Positions 45,827 through 56,050 of a stretch of 64,000 bases of DNA are shown here, piece by piece. The notes below the pieces were generated by a model, which saw nothing but the letters and a program-made list of their open reading frames with translations, had not been told where the DNA came from and made no database searches. Both the position numbers and the translations under genes were made by a program. Location: NCBI GenBank assembly GCA_016185705.1, contig JACPMZ010000010.1, positions 913 through 64,912 on the forward strand, given 5' to 3'. Each line of letters begins with the position of its first letter. Position 1 is the first letter of the stretch. Source of the stretch: Candidatus Woesearchaeota archaeon (GTDB taxonomy: Archaea; Nanobdellota; Nanobdellia; Woesearchaeales; UBA10216).

Positions 45827-46813
45827 TTAATTTATAGCAACTGCTATTGAACTAACTAACTTGCATGCCTTGCAAGTTTCCTTGCTGCACGGCTCTCCGC
45901 AGTTGCTGCAGTGGTTCAGCTGCGTGCTTTGCGCTGCTTTCAGCTGCGGCAGTATTTTCAGGAAGTTGTTGATTAAATTTATTTTGGCTTTTTTGTTGAC
46001 AGCTGCATAATCATTCATCATATCCCTGATAAATGCCCTGAATGAGCTGTGGCTGTGCGGGCATTGCACAAATCTTGGCGCAAAATTGTTTGCAATGGCG
46101 TAAGTTGCCGATTCTTTTTCCGTGCAGAAGTACAGCGGCTTTATTCTGGGTATGAACATGCTGTCTCTTGCGTTCCCTGTTACCGGCCCGAGCCGCGACA
46201 GCAATGGCATCTGCGCCTTGACTAAATTCATCATTATTGACTGCGCTTCGTCATCCAGATTGTGGCCTGTTGCAATCTTGGTAAAGCCGCGCGCTTTGGA
46301 ATTCAGCAGATACCTTCTAAGTATCCCGCACATGTGGCACGGCGACAAATCCTTTCGCAGCTGCAGAGCTTCTTTGAGCGAGAAGCCGAATTCCTCTTTA
46401 TAGGAGTAAATGTTGAGGGGGATTCCATTGTTGCTGCAAAACTTTTCCAAATCCTGCAGGGTAATGCTTCTGTATCCCGGTATTCCCTCGTCAATCGCTA
46501 ATGCTTCTACGTTTCCAAAATATTTTTTTAGTATATAAAGAACAGCGGTGCTGTCCTTGCCGCCGCTGCTCGCAACTATTATTCTGTCGTTGCTTCCAAT
46601 CATGTTGAATTTTTTAATGGTGGAAACTGCCTTGTTTTCAAAATACTCAATAAAATGCTTTTTGCAAAATGCCTGCTCGCTGGCTATGATTGCTTTGCTG
46701 CTGCAATTGCTGCATTTTGCCATGTGATTTTGGGATGGAATCGCATATATAAAGGATGCCGCTGCCAAAAATTTATAAAACAAGGCGCAATTAAGGGCTG
46801 TGATGGCATCCAT
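45827..46813 (-). CDS. PP-loop tRNA thiolation protein, NcsA/TtcA (Ncs6/Ctu1) family
   Basis: SGGKDS PP-loop, N-terminal CSNCS and C-terminal CSNCGEPCSKETCKAC zinc fingers. True start probably MAKCSNCS near 46723. Confidence 0.7.
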   Translation of the reverse strand: MDAITALNCALFYKFLAAASFIYAIPSQNHMAKCSNCSSKAIIASEQAFCKKHFIEYFENKAVSTIKKFNMIGSNDRIIVASSGGKDSTAVLYILKKYFGNVEALAIDEGIPGYRSITLQDLEKFCSNNGIPLNIYSYKEEFGFSLKEALQLRKDLSPCHMCGILRRYLLNSKARGFTKIATGHNLDDEAQSIMMNLVKAQMPLLSRLGPVTGNARDSMFIPRIKPLYFCTEKESATYAIANNFAPRFVQCPHSHSSFRAFIRDMMNDYAAVNKKAKINLINNFLKILPQLKAAQSTQLNHCSNCGEPCSKETCKACKLVSSIAVAIN

Positions 46814-48182
46814 TAAGATTGGCTTGGAGGTTCACGGCTACCTGCATATGGATAATAAGGCCAAGCTGTTTTGCGACTGTAAGGTTGACGCAGCTCAGCC
46901 GAATGAGGGCATCTGCCCTATCTGCACCGGCATGCCTGGCAGCAAGCCGATGGCAGCAAATAAGGATGCGGTTGGCAAGATAATTTCCATTGCAGGCATG
47001 CTTGACTGCAGAATTAACACCCGCCTTTTGTTCCAGCGCAAGCATTATGACTGGCCGGACATGCCAACCGGCTATCAGCGCACGATGTCGGGCAGCTATT
47101 CAGTTCCTGTCGGCGAGCGCGGCATGTTTCTTGGCATTGGCATCGCTGATGTGCATCTGGAAGAAGACCCTGCAAAATGGGACCCTGAAACCGGGCTTGT
47201 TGATTATAACAGGTCCGGCTTTCCTTTGGTTGAGATTGTGACTAATCCTGATTTCACCAGCCCGCAGCTTGTCAGGGAATGGCTGAAAAAGCTGGTTACG
47301 ACTTTGTCTTACATTAATGCGATTGACGCTGGTGCAGGAATTAAGAGCGATGTTAATGTTTCTGTTGCCCCTGATTTCAACCGCGTTGAGATTAAGAACG
47401 TTAATTCCTTTAAAAGCATTATTCAGGCGATTGAGTATGAAGTTAGAAGGCAGGAGCAGCAGGTTAAGGGCGGCAATAAGATTCCGCAGGAAACACGCGC
47501 ATGGAATGATTCTGCAGGAGTTACTGTTTTCATGCGCAAAAAGGAGCAGGCAGCAGATTACATGTTCATTCCTGACCCTGACTTGCCTGTTATCATCCTG
47601 CAGGATTCCGAGGTCAGCAGCATAATCTCCGGGCTTCCTGAAAGGCCTGCGCAGAAGATTGAGCGCTACATAAGGCAGCTGAAGATTGACAGGACAGACG
47701 CTGAGATTTTAAGCTCTGAAATTTACCTTGCTGAGAAGTTTGAGAAGGTTGTTGCCAAAAAAATAGACCCGGTGCTTGCAGCTCGCTGGTTCAGGCGCGA
47801 ACTGCTCAGAGTCTTGAATTACAGCAAAAAGGAATTGCACGAGATTGAAGCAGACGAGCATCATCTTGCCCAGCTTCTAAGGCTGGTTGAGAAAAAGAAG
47901 ATTACTGATGAGGTTGCCAAGCGTTTGCTTGAAAAGCTGGTTGAGAAGCCGTTTGATGTTGAGAAGCATGTGCAGTCATCTGGCCTCACTGCTGTTTCCG
48001 ATGCTGCAACTCTCACTAAGCTTTGCAGGCAGGCCTTGGAAAAGAACAAGAAAGCTGTTGAGGATTACAAAAGCGGCAACGGCAAAGCCCTCAATTTTAT
48101 CGTCGGCAAAATAATGGCTGAGACAAAAGGCAAGGCAAACCCGCAGGAGCTTGCTAAGCTGCTGAAAAAGCTGGTTAAGTGA
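46800..48182 (+). CDS. gatB: Asp-tRNA(Asn)/Glu-tRNA(Gln) amidotransferase subunit B
   Basis: GLEVHGYLHM...CDC N-terminus, about 460 aa, and a C-terminal YqeY-like domain. Confidence 0.8.
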   Translation: MMASIKIGLEVHGYLHMDNKAKLFCDCKVDAAQPNEGICPICTGMPGSKPMAANKDAVGKIISIAGMLDCRINTRLLFQRKHYDWPDMPTGYQRTMSGSYSVPVGERGMFLGIGIADVHLEEDPAKWDPETGLVDYNRSGFPLVEIVTNPDFTSPQLVREWLKKLVTTLSYINAIDAGAGIKSDVNVSVAPDFNRVEIKNVNSFKSIIQAIEYEVRRQEQQVKGGNKIPQETRAWNDSAGVTVFMRKKEQAADYMFIPDPDLPVIILQDSEVSSIISGLPERPAQKIERYIRQLKIDRTDAEILSSEIYLAEKFEKVVAKKIDPVLAARWFRRELLRVLNYSKKELHEIEADEHHLAQLLRLVEKKKITDEVAKRLLEKLVEKPFDVEKHVQSSGLTAVSDAATLTKLCRQALEKNKKAVEDYKSGNGKALNFIVGKIMAETKGKANPQELAKLLKKLVK

Positions 48183-48372
48183 AATTCCGGCTGTTTATGA
48201 AGCAGCTGCCCTGAATTTCCCGGAAACTTTGCGGATTTTCCGGAAGGTTTCCGGCTGTTTTTAAATAATTCTGCGTATTTTCCGACAGTAATGCATGCTT
48301 TTCCGGTTTCTCCGGAAACTTTGCGGATTTTTCCGGCGAACGCATATTAATTTCAGGCAATATCAGTGATGC
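48183..48372. repeat. TTCCGG-rich repeat array (about 8 copies); 25-nt direct repeat TCCGGAAACTTTGCGGATTTTCCGG at 48219..48243 and 48311..48336; TTCCGGCTGTTT at 48185 and 48248
   Basis: Direct and palindromic (TTCCGGAA) repeats in the gatB-subtilisin intergenic region. Confidence 0.7.
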
Positions 48373-49590
48373 ATGAATCCGAAGCTGGAATTTACGCGCA
48401 GGAGCAACTTAAAGAAGAGCATTCAGGACAGCAGGCAGCAAAAGCATCCTATTGAATTAATCGTGAAGTCAGATTTTTCCAGAAGGGATGGTGCTCTCAA
48501 ACATATCCGCAGGGTTGGCGAAATCAGCCATGTTTATGATTCAATCCCGTTCTTCAGCTTTAAATGTGAGCCAGAGGACGCTTACCGGCTTTCCCAGACT
48601 TTTTATCAGCTTGCTGAGCACAAGGCGTTCAGGTCAGTTGCTGCTTCGCTTTCTGCAATTGACGTCTCAAGCACTATCAGGATTCCGCCTGTTAGCAAAA
48701 GCAAATCTGCCGGGCTGTGGAACCTTGAGGATATCGGCGCTTACGCTGCCCGGGAAGTTGCTTTGGGAAATGGCGCAAGAGTAGCCATTGTTGACACAGG
48801 CGTTGATTACAGGCATCCGGAAGTCAGTGGAAACTTTGGCTCGAAAAAGGGCTATGATTTTGTCCGCAACGCAGCAGACCCCATGGATTTTAACGGGCAT
48901 GGAACCCATGTTGCCGGGATTGCTTTCGGGCAGAATTATGGCGTGGCAGGAGGCGCTGCTGCTTATGCAGTGAGGGTGCTTGATTCAGATGGCAGCGGCT
49001 CTGAGGCTGACACTATCGCAGGGCTTGACTGGGCAGCAGGCAATGGTGTTGACGTAGTCAACCTCAGTCTGGGCGCGCCCTTTGCCTCTGCTGCTTTGGA
49101 GGAAATGTGCTATTACCTGGCCAATAAGGGAGTTGTGCTGGTTGCTGCTGCAGGCAATTCCGGCTTTGGCCCTAATTATCCTGCTGCGTTTGGCGACCCT
49201 GTAATTGCTGTTGCTGCTGTTGACCGCAGCTTGAATCACCCTGAATTCAGCAACATCTATGATACGAATGACATTTCAGCGCCTGGCGTCGGCATTACTT
49301 CCTCTTACATTGGCGGCTACGCCACGCTTTCCGGCACTTCCATGGCTGCGCCTCATGTTTCAGGCAGCATGGCTCTTGTGCTCTCGGCATTAAGAAAGGA
49401 AACTGACCTGGAGCAGCTTATGGAAGACACTGCGCAAAAGCTTAGCAATGGCTTTTTCCCTGAGAGGGATGTTTACGGCGCCGGCCTGCTGAGGGTTGAC
49501 AAAATGGCTCAGGCAGTTTCGCAGATGCGCAATTTCAGGGATTACGGTGCAGAGGCCCTTGCCGCTCTTAAGGAGGCATTATGGACTTAA
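48373..49590 (+). CDS. Subtilisin-like serine protease (S8) with an N-terminal propeptide and no signal peptide
   Basis: Catalytic triad contexts VAIVDTGVD, HGTHVAGIA and GTSMAAPHVSG. Confidence 0.85.
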   Translation: MNPKLEFTRRSNLKKSIQDSRQQKHPIELIVKSDFSRRDGALKHIRRVGEISHVYDSIPFFSFKCEPEDAYRLSQTFYQLAEHKAFRSVAASLSAIDVSSTIRIPPVSKSKSAGLWNLEDIGAYAAREVALGNGARVAIVDTGVDYRHPEVSGNFGSKKGYDFVRNAADPMDFNGHGTHVAGIAFGQNYGVAGGAAAYAVRVLDSDGSGSEADTIAGLDWAAGNGVDVVNLSLGAPFASAALEEMCYYLANKGVVLVAAAGNSGFGPNYPAAFGDPVIAVAAVDRSLNHPEFSNIYDTNDISAPGVGITSSYIGGYATLSGTSMAAPHVSGSMALVLSALRKETDLEQLMEDTAQKLSNGFFPERDVYGAGLLRVDKMAQAVSQMRNFRDYGAEALAALKEALWT

Positions 49591-49820
49591 GCTATTACCT
49601 GGTCCGGGTTCAGGAAAATGACGAAACAATACGGGCAGCCCGGCTTGGCGAATTGGAGCACTTGCTGCAGGAGCGAGGTGCGCAGATAAAATACGTTGCT
49701 GCGCCGATAGCTGCGGTGATGGTTTATCTTGAGGATTCTGAGTTTGCTCAGGAACTGGAGTTGAGGGGCTATGAGGTTGCTTTACAGGAGAAAAATTTCA
49801 GGGCAATGCATGGCAGTTAA
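49581..49820 (+). CDS. Small protein overlapping the subtilisin 3' end (possible inhibitor/chaperone)
   Basis: 79 aa with a 10-nt overlap. No known motif. Confidence 0.35.
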   Translation: MDLSYYLVRVQENDETIRAARLGELEHLLQERGAQIKYVAAPIAAVMVYLEDSEFAQELELRGYEVALQEKNFRAMHGS

Positions 49821-49926
49821 ATTTACAAACTGTCGTACGAATATTAGTATGCCATGATTTCGGAAAATGCTTATTGTGAGAAAAGTGCTGTTGGCGCCTG
49901 AAAGTTATCTGGTTGAGATAGTATGA

Positions 49927-51144
49927 TTACATCCTGACTCTTAGTATCCTGCTTGCATCCTCCTTCACTCTTCCCTCAAATATCGCTGTTGTTTCGCCCT
50001 CTGCCTTCTCGGTGTTTAATGCGTTCATTAAGCTTTTTGTCAGCAGCAGCTCATCATCAGGCAGTGCTGCCTTGAACTGCCCAAGGTGTTCCTTTATCAC
50101 AGCTTCTTCTGTTTCCTCAACGCTCTGCGCGACTGTTTTTATTTCCTCAAACTCGCTGCTTGTTAAAGCTGCAGTGTTCTTCATCACAAAATGCGCGCTT
50201 TTTGCATACAGCATGTCGTAGATTGATTTGAAATTTATCTCAGAAGGCTTTCCGCTTTCCAAAGCCCCTTCAAGTCTTATTGTGACAATGGCGTTGTCAA
50301 AGCTTTTGTCTGATATCCCCTCAATTATCTCCGCTTCAACTTCCCTTGCTGACTTGTGGCTGCAGTCAACGCTTATGCTGAATACTCCGTGCACCATTAT
50401 CTGTTGGAAATCGGCATTAAGAATGTTCTTTTTTTCAACAATGTAGAATCCTCCGCATCCCAGCTTTTCCAGCTCCCTGAAGTTGTTTGGGAACAATGGC
50501 CCTGCATTCGCAATCAGCCCGCGGCCGTATTCCCTTTTGTATGGCTCGTGCACGTGTCCGCCTGCGTAGTAGTCAAATCCTTTTGGGAACTCTGACAGCG
50601 GAGTAGAATCCATTTTCTCAAGCCCTTTCGGCTTGAATTCGGAAACTGCAGTGTGGAACATGAAAATTTTGAAGCCGCTTTCCGCTTCCAGCTTTTCCCT
50701 GTCCAGGCTTTCAAAGTATTTGCGTTCAAGCATTCCTTTTTTTCCTATGACTCCTGTGATTTTGGCGCCTGTTTTTTCGTCAACAGTGAAATTAAGCTGA
50801 AGCTTATTGTCAACAACGCTGCCCCGCATCACATTCACCAGCAGCCCGGCGTTCTCAAGCACGTCAAGCATTGTCTTTCCTGTTGGCGAGAAGTCGTGGC
50901 TGCCTGCAATTGCGTAAACCGGTATGGATTTGTCTTTTATTTCCTTCAGCTTTTTTGCAACTTCCTTCAAACAGTCAATTGAAGGCAGCGCAGTATTGAA
51001 GAAGTCCCCGCTGATTATGATAAAATCCACATTTTGCTGATAGCAGATGCCAACAGCTTTCATGAATGCTTCTGTGCTCGCATTGGATAATTTCGGGTCT
51101 CTCCACGAACCAAGGTGCACGTCTGCGAAATGCGCGAATTTCAT
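49927..51144 (-). CDS. mre11: Mre11/SbcD-family DNA repair nuclease
   Basis: Phosphoesterase motifs FADVHLG, SGDFFN, AGSHDF and GGHVHE. Confidence 0.8.
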   Translation of the reverse strand: MKFAHFADVHLGSWRDPKLSNASTEAFMKAVGICYQQNVDFIIISGDFFNTALPSIDCLKEVAKKLKEIKDKSIPVYAIAGSHDFSPTGKTMLDVLENAGLLVNVMRGSVVDNKLQLNFTVDEKTGAKITGVIGKKGMLERKYFESLDREKLEAESGFKIFMFHTAVSEFKPKGLEKMDSTPLSEFPKGFDYYAGGHVHEPYKREYGRGLIANAGPLFPNNFRELEKLGCGGFYIVEKKNILNADFQQIMVHGVFSISVDCSHKSAREVEAEIIEGISDKSFDNAIVTIRLEGALESGKPSEINFKSIYDMLYAKSAHFVMKNTAALTSSEFEEIKTVAQSVEETEEAVIKEHLGQFKAALPDDELLLTKSLMNALNTEKAEGETTAIFEGRVKEDASRILRVRM

Positions 51145-51261
51145 TCAGGAAAAGGATTTTTTCATGATATAAAATGTTTGTCCAGCCCGTCTTTCCCCGC
51201 TGCCATAGCTCTCGGTTCTGCCTATGAACAGCTCGGCGTACTTGTTGGTTTCCTGAAGAGG

Positions 51262-52773
51262 TTAGCTGTGCAGCCCCACAAATTCTGTCCTGTAATCGGT
51301 TTTTGTGTTTGCAGCAATTTCATCAAACAGCGGTGTCTTCACCGGAACTGCGAATTTGGAAAAGGTGCTTGTTACTATTGCTTCTCCTATGTCCAGCGAT
51401 GCAATTGCTTTGTCGTCCTGGCTCAAATCCTGGGCAGCGCTTTCTATTATTGCCTTGCGCTCAGGCGCCATTTCTATGCCCAGGATTATTTTTGTTCCCA
51501 TGTTTGCAAGGATTTGCCTCGGGATTACTGAGGGCAGCTGCGTTATTGCAATCAGCCCTGTCTTGAATTTCCTGCCTTCCCGCGCTATCCTTGAGAAAAC
51601 ATTTGCTCCCTGCTCAAGCGCGTCTTTTCCAAGGACGCGGGGCGCTTCTTCCAGCACAATGCTTGCAACTGGCTTGTCTCTCAGCTGCCCGGCTGATTTG
51701 TAGTTTTGGTATCTGCTGAACAGCTCAGAGGCGATTATGCTTCCCACCAGTATCTCTGTCTGGCTGCTTAAGCTGGACGTATCCACTATTACAGCCATGG
51801 CTTTCTCTACGTCATCCGCGATATCGGCAACTGTGGATATTCCTGCAGCAGCGTCAAAAATTCCTTTTGCGTAGATTTCGTTGTTCGCTATTTCCAGATT
51901 TAGCAGCTGCTGCAGTCTTCTTCTTATCACAGATATTGTCGCTTCATGGAACAGTGATTTCAGGGATTCGTCTTCCTCCGCCAGCACGGCTTCTATCCAC
52001 CTCGCCCTGTATTTGCGGTAGTACGCATACAATGCTTCACGCTGCGGCTCTGACCAGAAGGTTACGCCGCTGAAATGCGATGGCCGTATTTTGCTTAAGT
52101 TTATTGTCAGTGTCCTTGCGCCTGCAGGCGGGTTGGTGCTGTAGTATGCAACCTTTTCTGATTTTTTCAGTCCATTGTGGTTCCGCCCGTAGTATTCGTC
52201 ATGAGGATCTAATATTAAAAAGCCGGCGTAATCGTTCTGCAAAGCGTTCCATATCAGGCAGGACATCAGATTTGACTTGCCGCGGCCTGTCTGCGCTGCT
52301 ATGAGGACGTGGTGCGAAAATACGTCTGCTCCGTTAAGGTAGACTTCTGCATCCACAATTCGGCTGCCTGACCTCAAGTTGCCGATTAGCAGCGGGTTGT
52401 CCGGCTTTTCCAGGAATTTTACGTCTTCCATCGCTAATTCGTTCACATTGGAAAAAAACTCAGGCAGCGTTTTGCACGGGCTCACCGAGTTTTCCCTTAC
52501 GATAAGCAGCGGCTTGAGAAATGCAAGCGTGTAGTTGCGCAGCTCTGCATCCATCAGCTCAAGGTCATTGTCGCTTTCCAGCTTCATTCCTGAAATCATT
52601 TCAAGGTTTTGCTGGGAGAGCTGCGAACCATATACTAAATTGAAGACCTGCATCAGTATCTTGCCTTCAGCGGTATTGGCTGTCAGAAGCTGCCCGATTT
52701 CCAGCTTTGCATCGGATTTCTGCCTTACAACAACGCTGTCAAACGAGCCGGAAATTACTTGCCCTGCTATCAC
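51262..52773 (-). CDS. herA: HerA-family DNA helicase/ATPase
   Basis: Walker [11 protein letters not shown]. HerA-barrel N-terminus. 503 aa. Upstream of mre11. Confidence 0.8.
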   Translation of the reverse strand: MIAGQVISGSFDSVVVRQKSDAKLEIGQLLTANTAEGKILMQVFNLVYGSQLSQQNLEMISGMKLESDNDLELMDAELRNYTLAFLKPLLIVRENSVSPCKTLPEFFSNVNELAMEDVKFLEKPDNPLLIGNLRSGSRIVDAEVYLNGADVFSHHVLIAAQTGRGKSNLMSCLIWNALQNDYAGFLILDPHDEYYGRNHNGLKKSEKVAYYSTNPPAGARTLTINLSKIRPSHFSGVTFWSEPQREALYAYYRKYRARWIEAVLAEEDESLKSLFHEATISVIRRRLQQLLNLEIANNEIYAKGIFDAAAGISTVADIADDVEKAMAVIVDTSSLSSQTEILVGSIIASELFSRYQNYKSAGQLRDKPVASIVLEEAPRVLGKDALEQGANVFSRIAREGRKFKTGLIAITQLPSVIPRQILANMGTKIILGIEMAPERKAIIESAAQDLSQDDKAIASLDIGEAIVTSTFSKFAVPVKTPLFDEIAANTKTDYRTEFVGLHS

Positions 52774-52800
52774 GGCTTTGGGAATAGCTGATTCTATTTA

Positions 52801-54378
52801 TTGTTTTTGGCAACAAATTTAAAGCTTCACAGATTCGCTTATTGGATGGTGGTTGTAAATACTGCTCTTGGACGCTCGCAGGAACTGGATTTGCACGATA
52901 TCTTGTTTGTTGAGTTTGCGTTAGCCAGAAGCAGTGTTCCTGTTATTACGGCTGATTTTGCCAGGCGCATTTCGTCCGGATACGTTGTTGCAGAGGTTCC
53001 GGGAAATTTTGTCAGGCGGGCATATGAAACTTTCCTGAGAGACGAATATGAAACAGCATGGTTCTATGTTGAGGAAGTCAAGGAACACAACAGGAAGCAG
53101 AGGGAAATTCTTGATGCATATGAACTTGGAAAAATGGAGCAGGAGGATGCCCTGAAAAAAGCTCCTTTAGAAAAAATATTTGACGCGCTGGAAGCTGCAG
53201 GAAAGCCAATTTCAGCTATTCGCACTCAGTACGTCAGCCGCGGTTTCTTGTCAGATATGAGAACAAAGTTTTTGTTAAAGTTTCTTTCTGATAGCGGCTT
53301 GAGCGGGAAGAAGTTTGAAGATGATATCAGGGAAGTCTGTGCTGGAAGGCCGCTGGAAAATGAGGGCACATGGCGTCTTTTAGAGGACAAGCTTAGCATC
53401 AAATATCGTTTGGATGAAGCTCCTCCTGAGACTGATTTCAGGGATGTTCCTCCTTTGATTGATGAGCTTGAGATGGTTGTTGAAGCAGCATTTGCTAACC
53501 GGCCAACTGGAGAGGTTGCGTCCAGTGTTTGGCAGGATGCAGGCATGAATCCGCATGCAGTTTATGAAAAAGTCCAGAAAGCAGTAAAGAGATTAAATTC
53601 TGATTATGCCTTGGTGCAGGTTTTGGAGGGTAATGTAGATGGACGCGTTCAACTGGTATCTGTAGATAAGCACGCGCCTGCAGGTCTTAAAGGTTCTGCT
53701 CCTAAGCCAATTAAAAGCATGCTAAGAACTCCGGTTGAGATTTTAGATGATTTATATGAGCTGCACACTATTTTTATGGACGCTGTAAACGCATATTTAA
53801 AGCGCAGCCGGTACAGTGACTTTTTCGACCTGCGGGTCGATACGAGAATGGAGATTAGAAGAGAAGCGACTTTACAGCTTTTGCGGGGTGCAGAACATGC
53901 TGTCAATAGCTGGTATTTTAATCTTTATCCGACAACCGTCAGCAAAAGATTTGCCGATAAGTATGCAGGTTTAGGCCCTGAGCTTGATAAAGCAATCAGC
54001 GTTGGTTTTGAATATGCCACTATTGAAAATTCAGTGGAGGAGTTGAGGCAGTTAATAATTGACGTGGCGCAGAAATTACCCGAGAGTTTGTTGAATTTGT
54101 TAAGAGTCAAAAATGTTATTGAGTCAGGTGGCAGATTTTTTGCAGCGGTTAAGAAGGCGAAGCAGGATGCTAAAGAGCCGAAGGCCAATGCGCAGGAAGT
54201 GATCACGTACGTTACAGAACGTGTAAAATTGGCTAAATCTGAACAGGAAGGGTACGCGGATGCAGCAGGCGTGTTGGCAGAGGGGCTTGGGCGGTGGAAT
54301 TTTGGTAAATACCATGGCGACACGGTGGTTTCTTCAGGCAGGGTTGGTTTGTACGGCATTGTCCTAACAAAAAATTAA
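52801..54378 (+). CDS. Large hypothetical protein transcribed divergently from herA
   Basis: 525 aa (alternative start about 52846). Lacks NurA (DGS) and Rad50 (Walker A) motifs. Confidence 0.45.
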   Translation: MFLATNLKLHRFAYWMVVVNTALGRSQELDLHDILFVEFALARSSVPVITADFARRISSGYVVAEVPGNFVRRAYETFLRDEYETAWFYVEEVKEHNRKQREILDAYELGKMEQEDALKKAPLEKIFDALEAAGKPISAIRTQYVSRGFLSDMRTKFLLKFLSDSGLSGKKFEDDIREVCAGRPLENEGTWRLLEDKLSIKYRLDEAPPETDFRDVPPLIDELEMVVEAAFANRPTGEVASSVWQDAGMNPHAVYEKVQKAVKRLNSDYALVQVLEGNVDGRVQLVSVDKHAPAGLKGSAPKPIKSMLRTPVEILDDLYELHTIFMDAVNAYLKRSRYSDFFDLRVDTRMEIRREATLQLLRGAEHAVNSWYFNLYPTTVSKRFADKYAGLGPELDKAISVGFEYATIENSVEELRQLIIDVAQKLPESLLNLLRVKNVIESGGRFFAAVKKAKQDAKEPKANAQEVITYVTERVKLAKSEQEGYADAAGVLAEGLGRWNFGKYHGDTVVSSGRVGLYGIVLTKN

Positions 54379-54404
54379 TAATGTAGGAAACAATTGATTT
54401 AGTA

Positions 54405-55040
54405 ATGAAAACTATGCAGCGGGCAGCCAAAATCATTAAGCTGCTCAAAAAAGAGTACCCCGGCGCCAGAATTGCGCTGAACTATGGCAACACTGTTCAG
54501 CTCTTGGTTGCAGTAATGCTTTCTGCCCAATGCACTGACAAGATGGTTAACAAAGTTACCGCATCTTTGTTCAAAAAGTACAAAACTGCCAGGGATTTTG
54601 CAGCTGCAAATCCGAAGCAATTTGAGCAGGAGATTAGGTCAACCGGCTTCTACCGCAACAAGGCAAAAAACATAATTGCCGCAGCAAAAATAATTCAGAA
54701 AGATTTTGGCGGCAAAGTCCCTGACAGCATGGAAGATTTGCTCATTCTGCCGGGTGTTGCGAGGAAGACAGCTAATGTTGTGCTAAGCACGGCTTACGGC
54801 AAAAACCTTGGCGTTTGCTGCGATACCCATGTTATCCGGCTATCCCAGAGATGGCATTTGACAAAGAACAAGGACGCTGTAAAGATAGAGCAGGACTTGA
54901 TGAAGCTAATCCCAGAAAAAGACTGGGAAAAATTTTCTTTGATGACAATAAAGCACGGCCGCGAGGTTTGTTTTGCAAGAAAGCCGAATTGCAGCAGCTG
55001 TTTCTTGAATAAAGTTTGCCCGTCTGCTTTCAGGGTTTGA
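54405..55040 (+). CDS. nth: Endonuclease III (HhH-GPD glycosylase with [4Fe-4S])
   Basis: LPGVARKTANVV HhH motif, catalytic Lys-containing motif, and C-x6-C-x2-C-x5-C. Confidence 0.85.
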   Translation: MKTMQRAAKIIKLLKKEYPGARIALNYGNTVQLLVAVMLSAQCTDKMVNKVTASLFKKYKTARDFAAANPKQFEQEIRSTGFYRNKAKNIIAAAKIIQKDFGGKVPDSMEDLLILPGVARKTANVVLSTAYGKNLGVCCDTHVIRLSQRWHLTKNKDAVKIEQDLMKLIPEKDWEKFSLMTIKHGREVCFARKPNCSSCFLNKVCPSAFRV

Positions 55041-55303
55041 TGCGGCAGCCGGGACTTTCAGCACCGCTGGTGTTCAAAAGCTGCGAACGCCAGCAGGTAT
55101 GTTTGAACCCGGGTAACGAGCTTTTTCCTTTATGGGAAGCTCGGATCTTAGCCGCTGGATCACTGCCGCATGGTTTTCGGGTTATGCGTCAGAATAAAAT
55201 TGTTTCGCATTGAAGAAAAATTGATTGGGGTTCAGAACTGCTGCTGTGCTTGCTAAAGTATTGTTCCGAAACATTTATAGCGCATCCTGAGCTGCTGTTT
55301 TGC

Positions 55304-56050
55304 ATGGCTGTTGTTATTGAAGCAAAAAACCTTACCAAAAAGTTTCCTTCTGTTGTTGCTGTTGACAGCGTCAGTCTCAGGATTAACGAGGGCGAGATTT
55401 TCGGCCTGCTTGGCCCTAACGGGGCTGGCAAGACTACGCTCATTTCCATGCTTACTACTTTGCTCAGGCCTACTTCAGGCAGCGCAGTGGTTAATGGCTA
55501 TGACGTCAGGAAAAATGCGCATGATGTCCGTGCTTCCATAGGGCTTGTTTTTCAGGAGACTGTGCTTGACCTTGACCTTACTGCATATGACAACCTTGAC
55601 TTCCATGCGCGCCTTTACAGCATTCCGAAAAGCGTCAGGAATAGCCGCATTACTGAAGCAGCCAAACTTGTCGGGCTTGACAGGGATTTGTTCAGGAAAG
55701 CTGAATCCTTCTCAGGCGGCATGAAGCGGCGTCTGGAGGTTGCGCGCGGTGTGCTGCACACTCCGAAGGTTTTGTTCCTCGATGAGCCCACGCTTGGGCT
55801 TGACCCGCAGACTCGGCGGAAAGTCTGGGAATATATCAGCCAGCTGCGAAAGAAAGTTACTGTTCTCATCACTACGCATTACATGGAGGAAGCTGATTAT
55901 TTGTGCGACAGGGTTGCTATCATGGACCGCGGCAGGATTGTTGCATTGGGCGCTCCGGATAAGCTGAAGAGCAGCTTGCGTTCGCGAAAGCCCACTTTGG
56001 AGGATGTTTTCATTAAGCGCACAGGAGGCATGATTAGGGATGAGGTTTAG
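55304..56050 (+). CDS. ABC transporter ATP-binding protein (ABC-2 type)
   Basis: GPNGAGKTT, LSGGMKRRL and LDEPT motifs. Confidence 0.85.
   Translation: MAVVIEAKNLTKKFPSVVAVDSVSLRINEGEIFGLLGPNGAGKTTLISMLTTLLRPTSGSAVVNGYDVRKNAHDVRASIGLVFQETVLDLDLTAYDNLDFHARLYSIPKSVRNSRITEAAKLVGLDRDLFRKAESFSGGMKRRLEVARGVLHTPKVLFLDEPTLGLDPQTRRKVWEYISQLRKKVTVLITTHYMEEADYLCDRVAIMDRGRIVALGAPDKLKSSLRSRKPTLEDVFIKRTGGMIRDEV

Noticed and set aside
55021-55200. Structured-looking GC-rich intergenic segment considered as a possible tRNA or ncRNA
   Set aside because: No convincing cloverleaf (no GTTCGAATC-like T-arm and no matching 7-bp acceptor stem) could be built by eye. Needs tRNAscan or Infernal.
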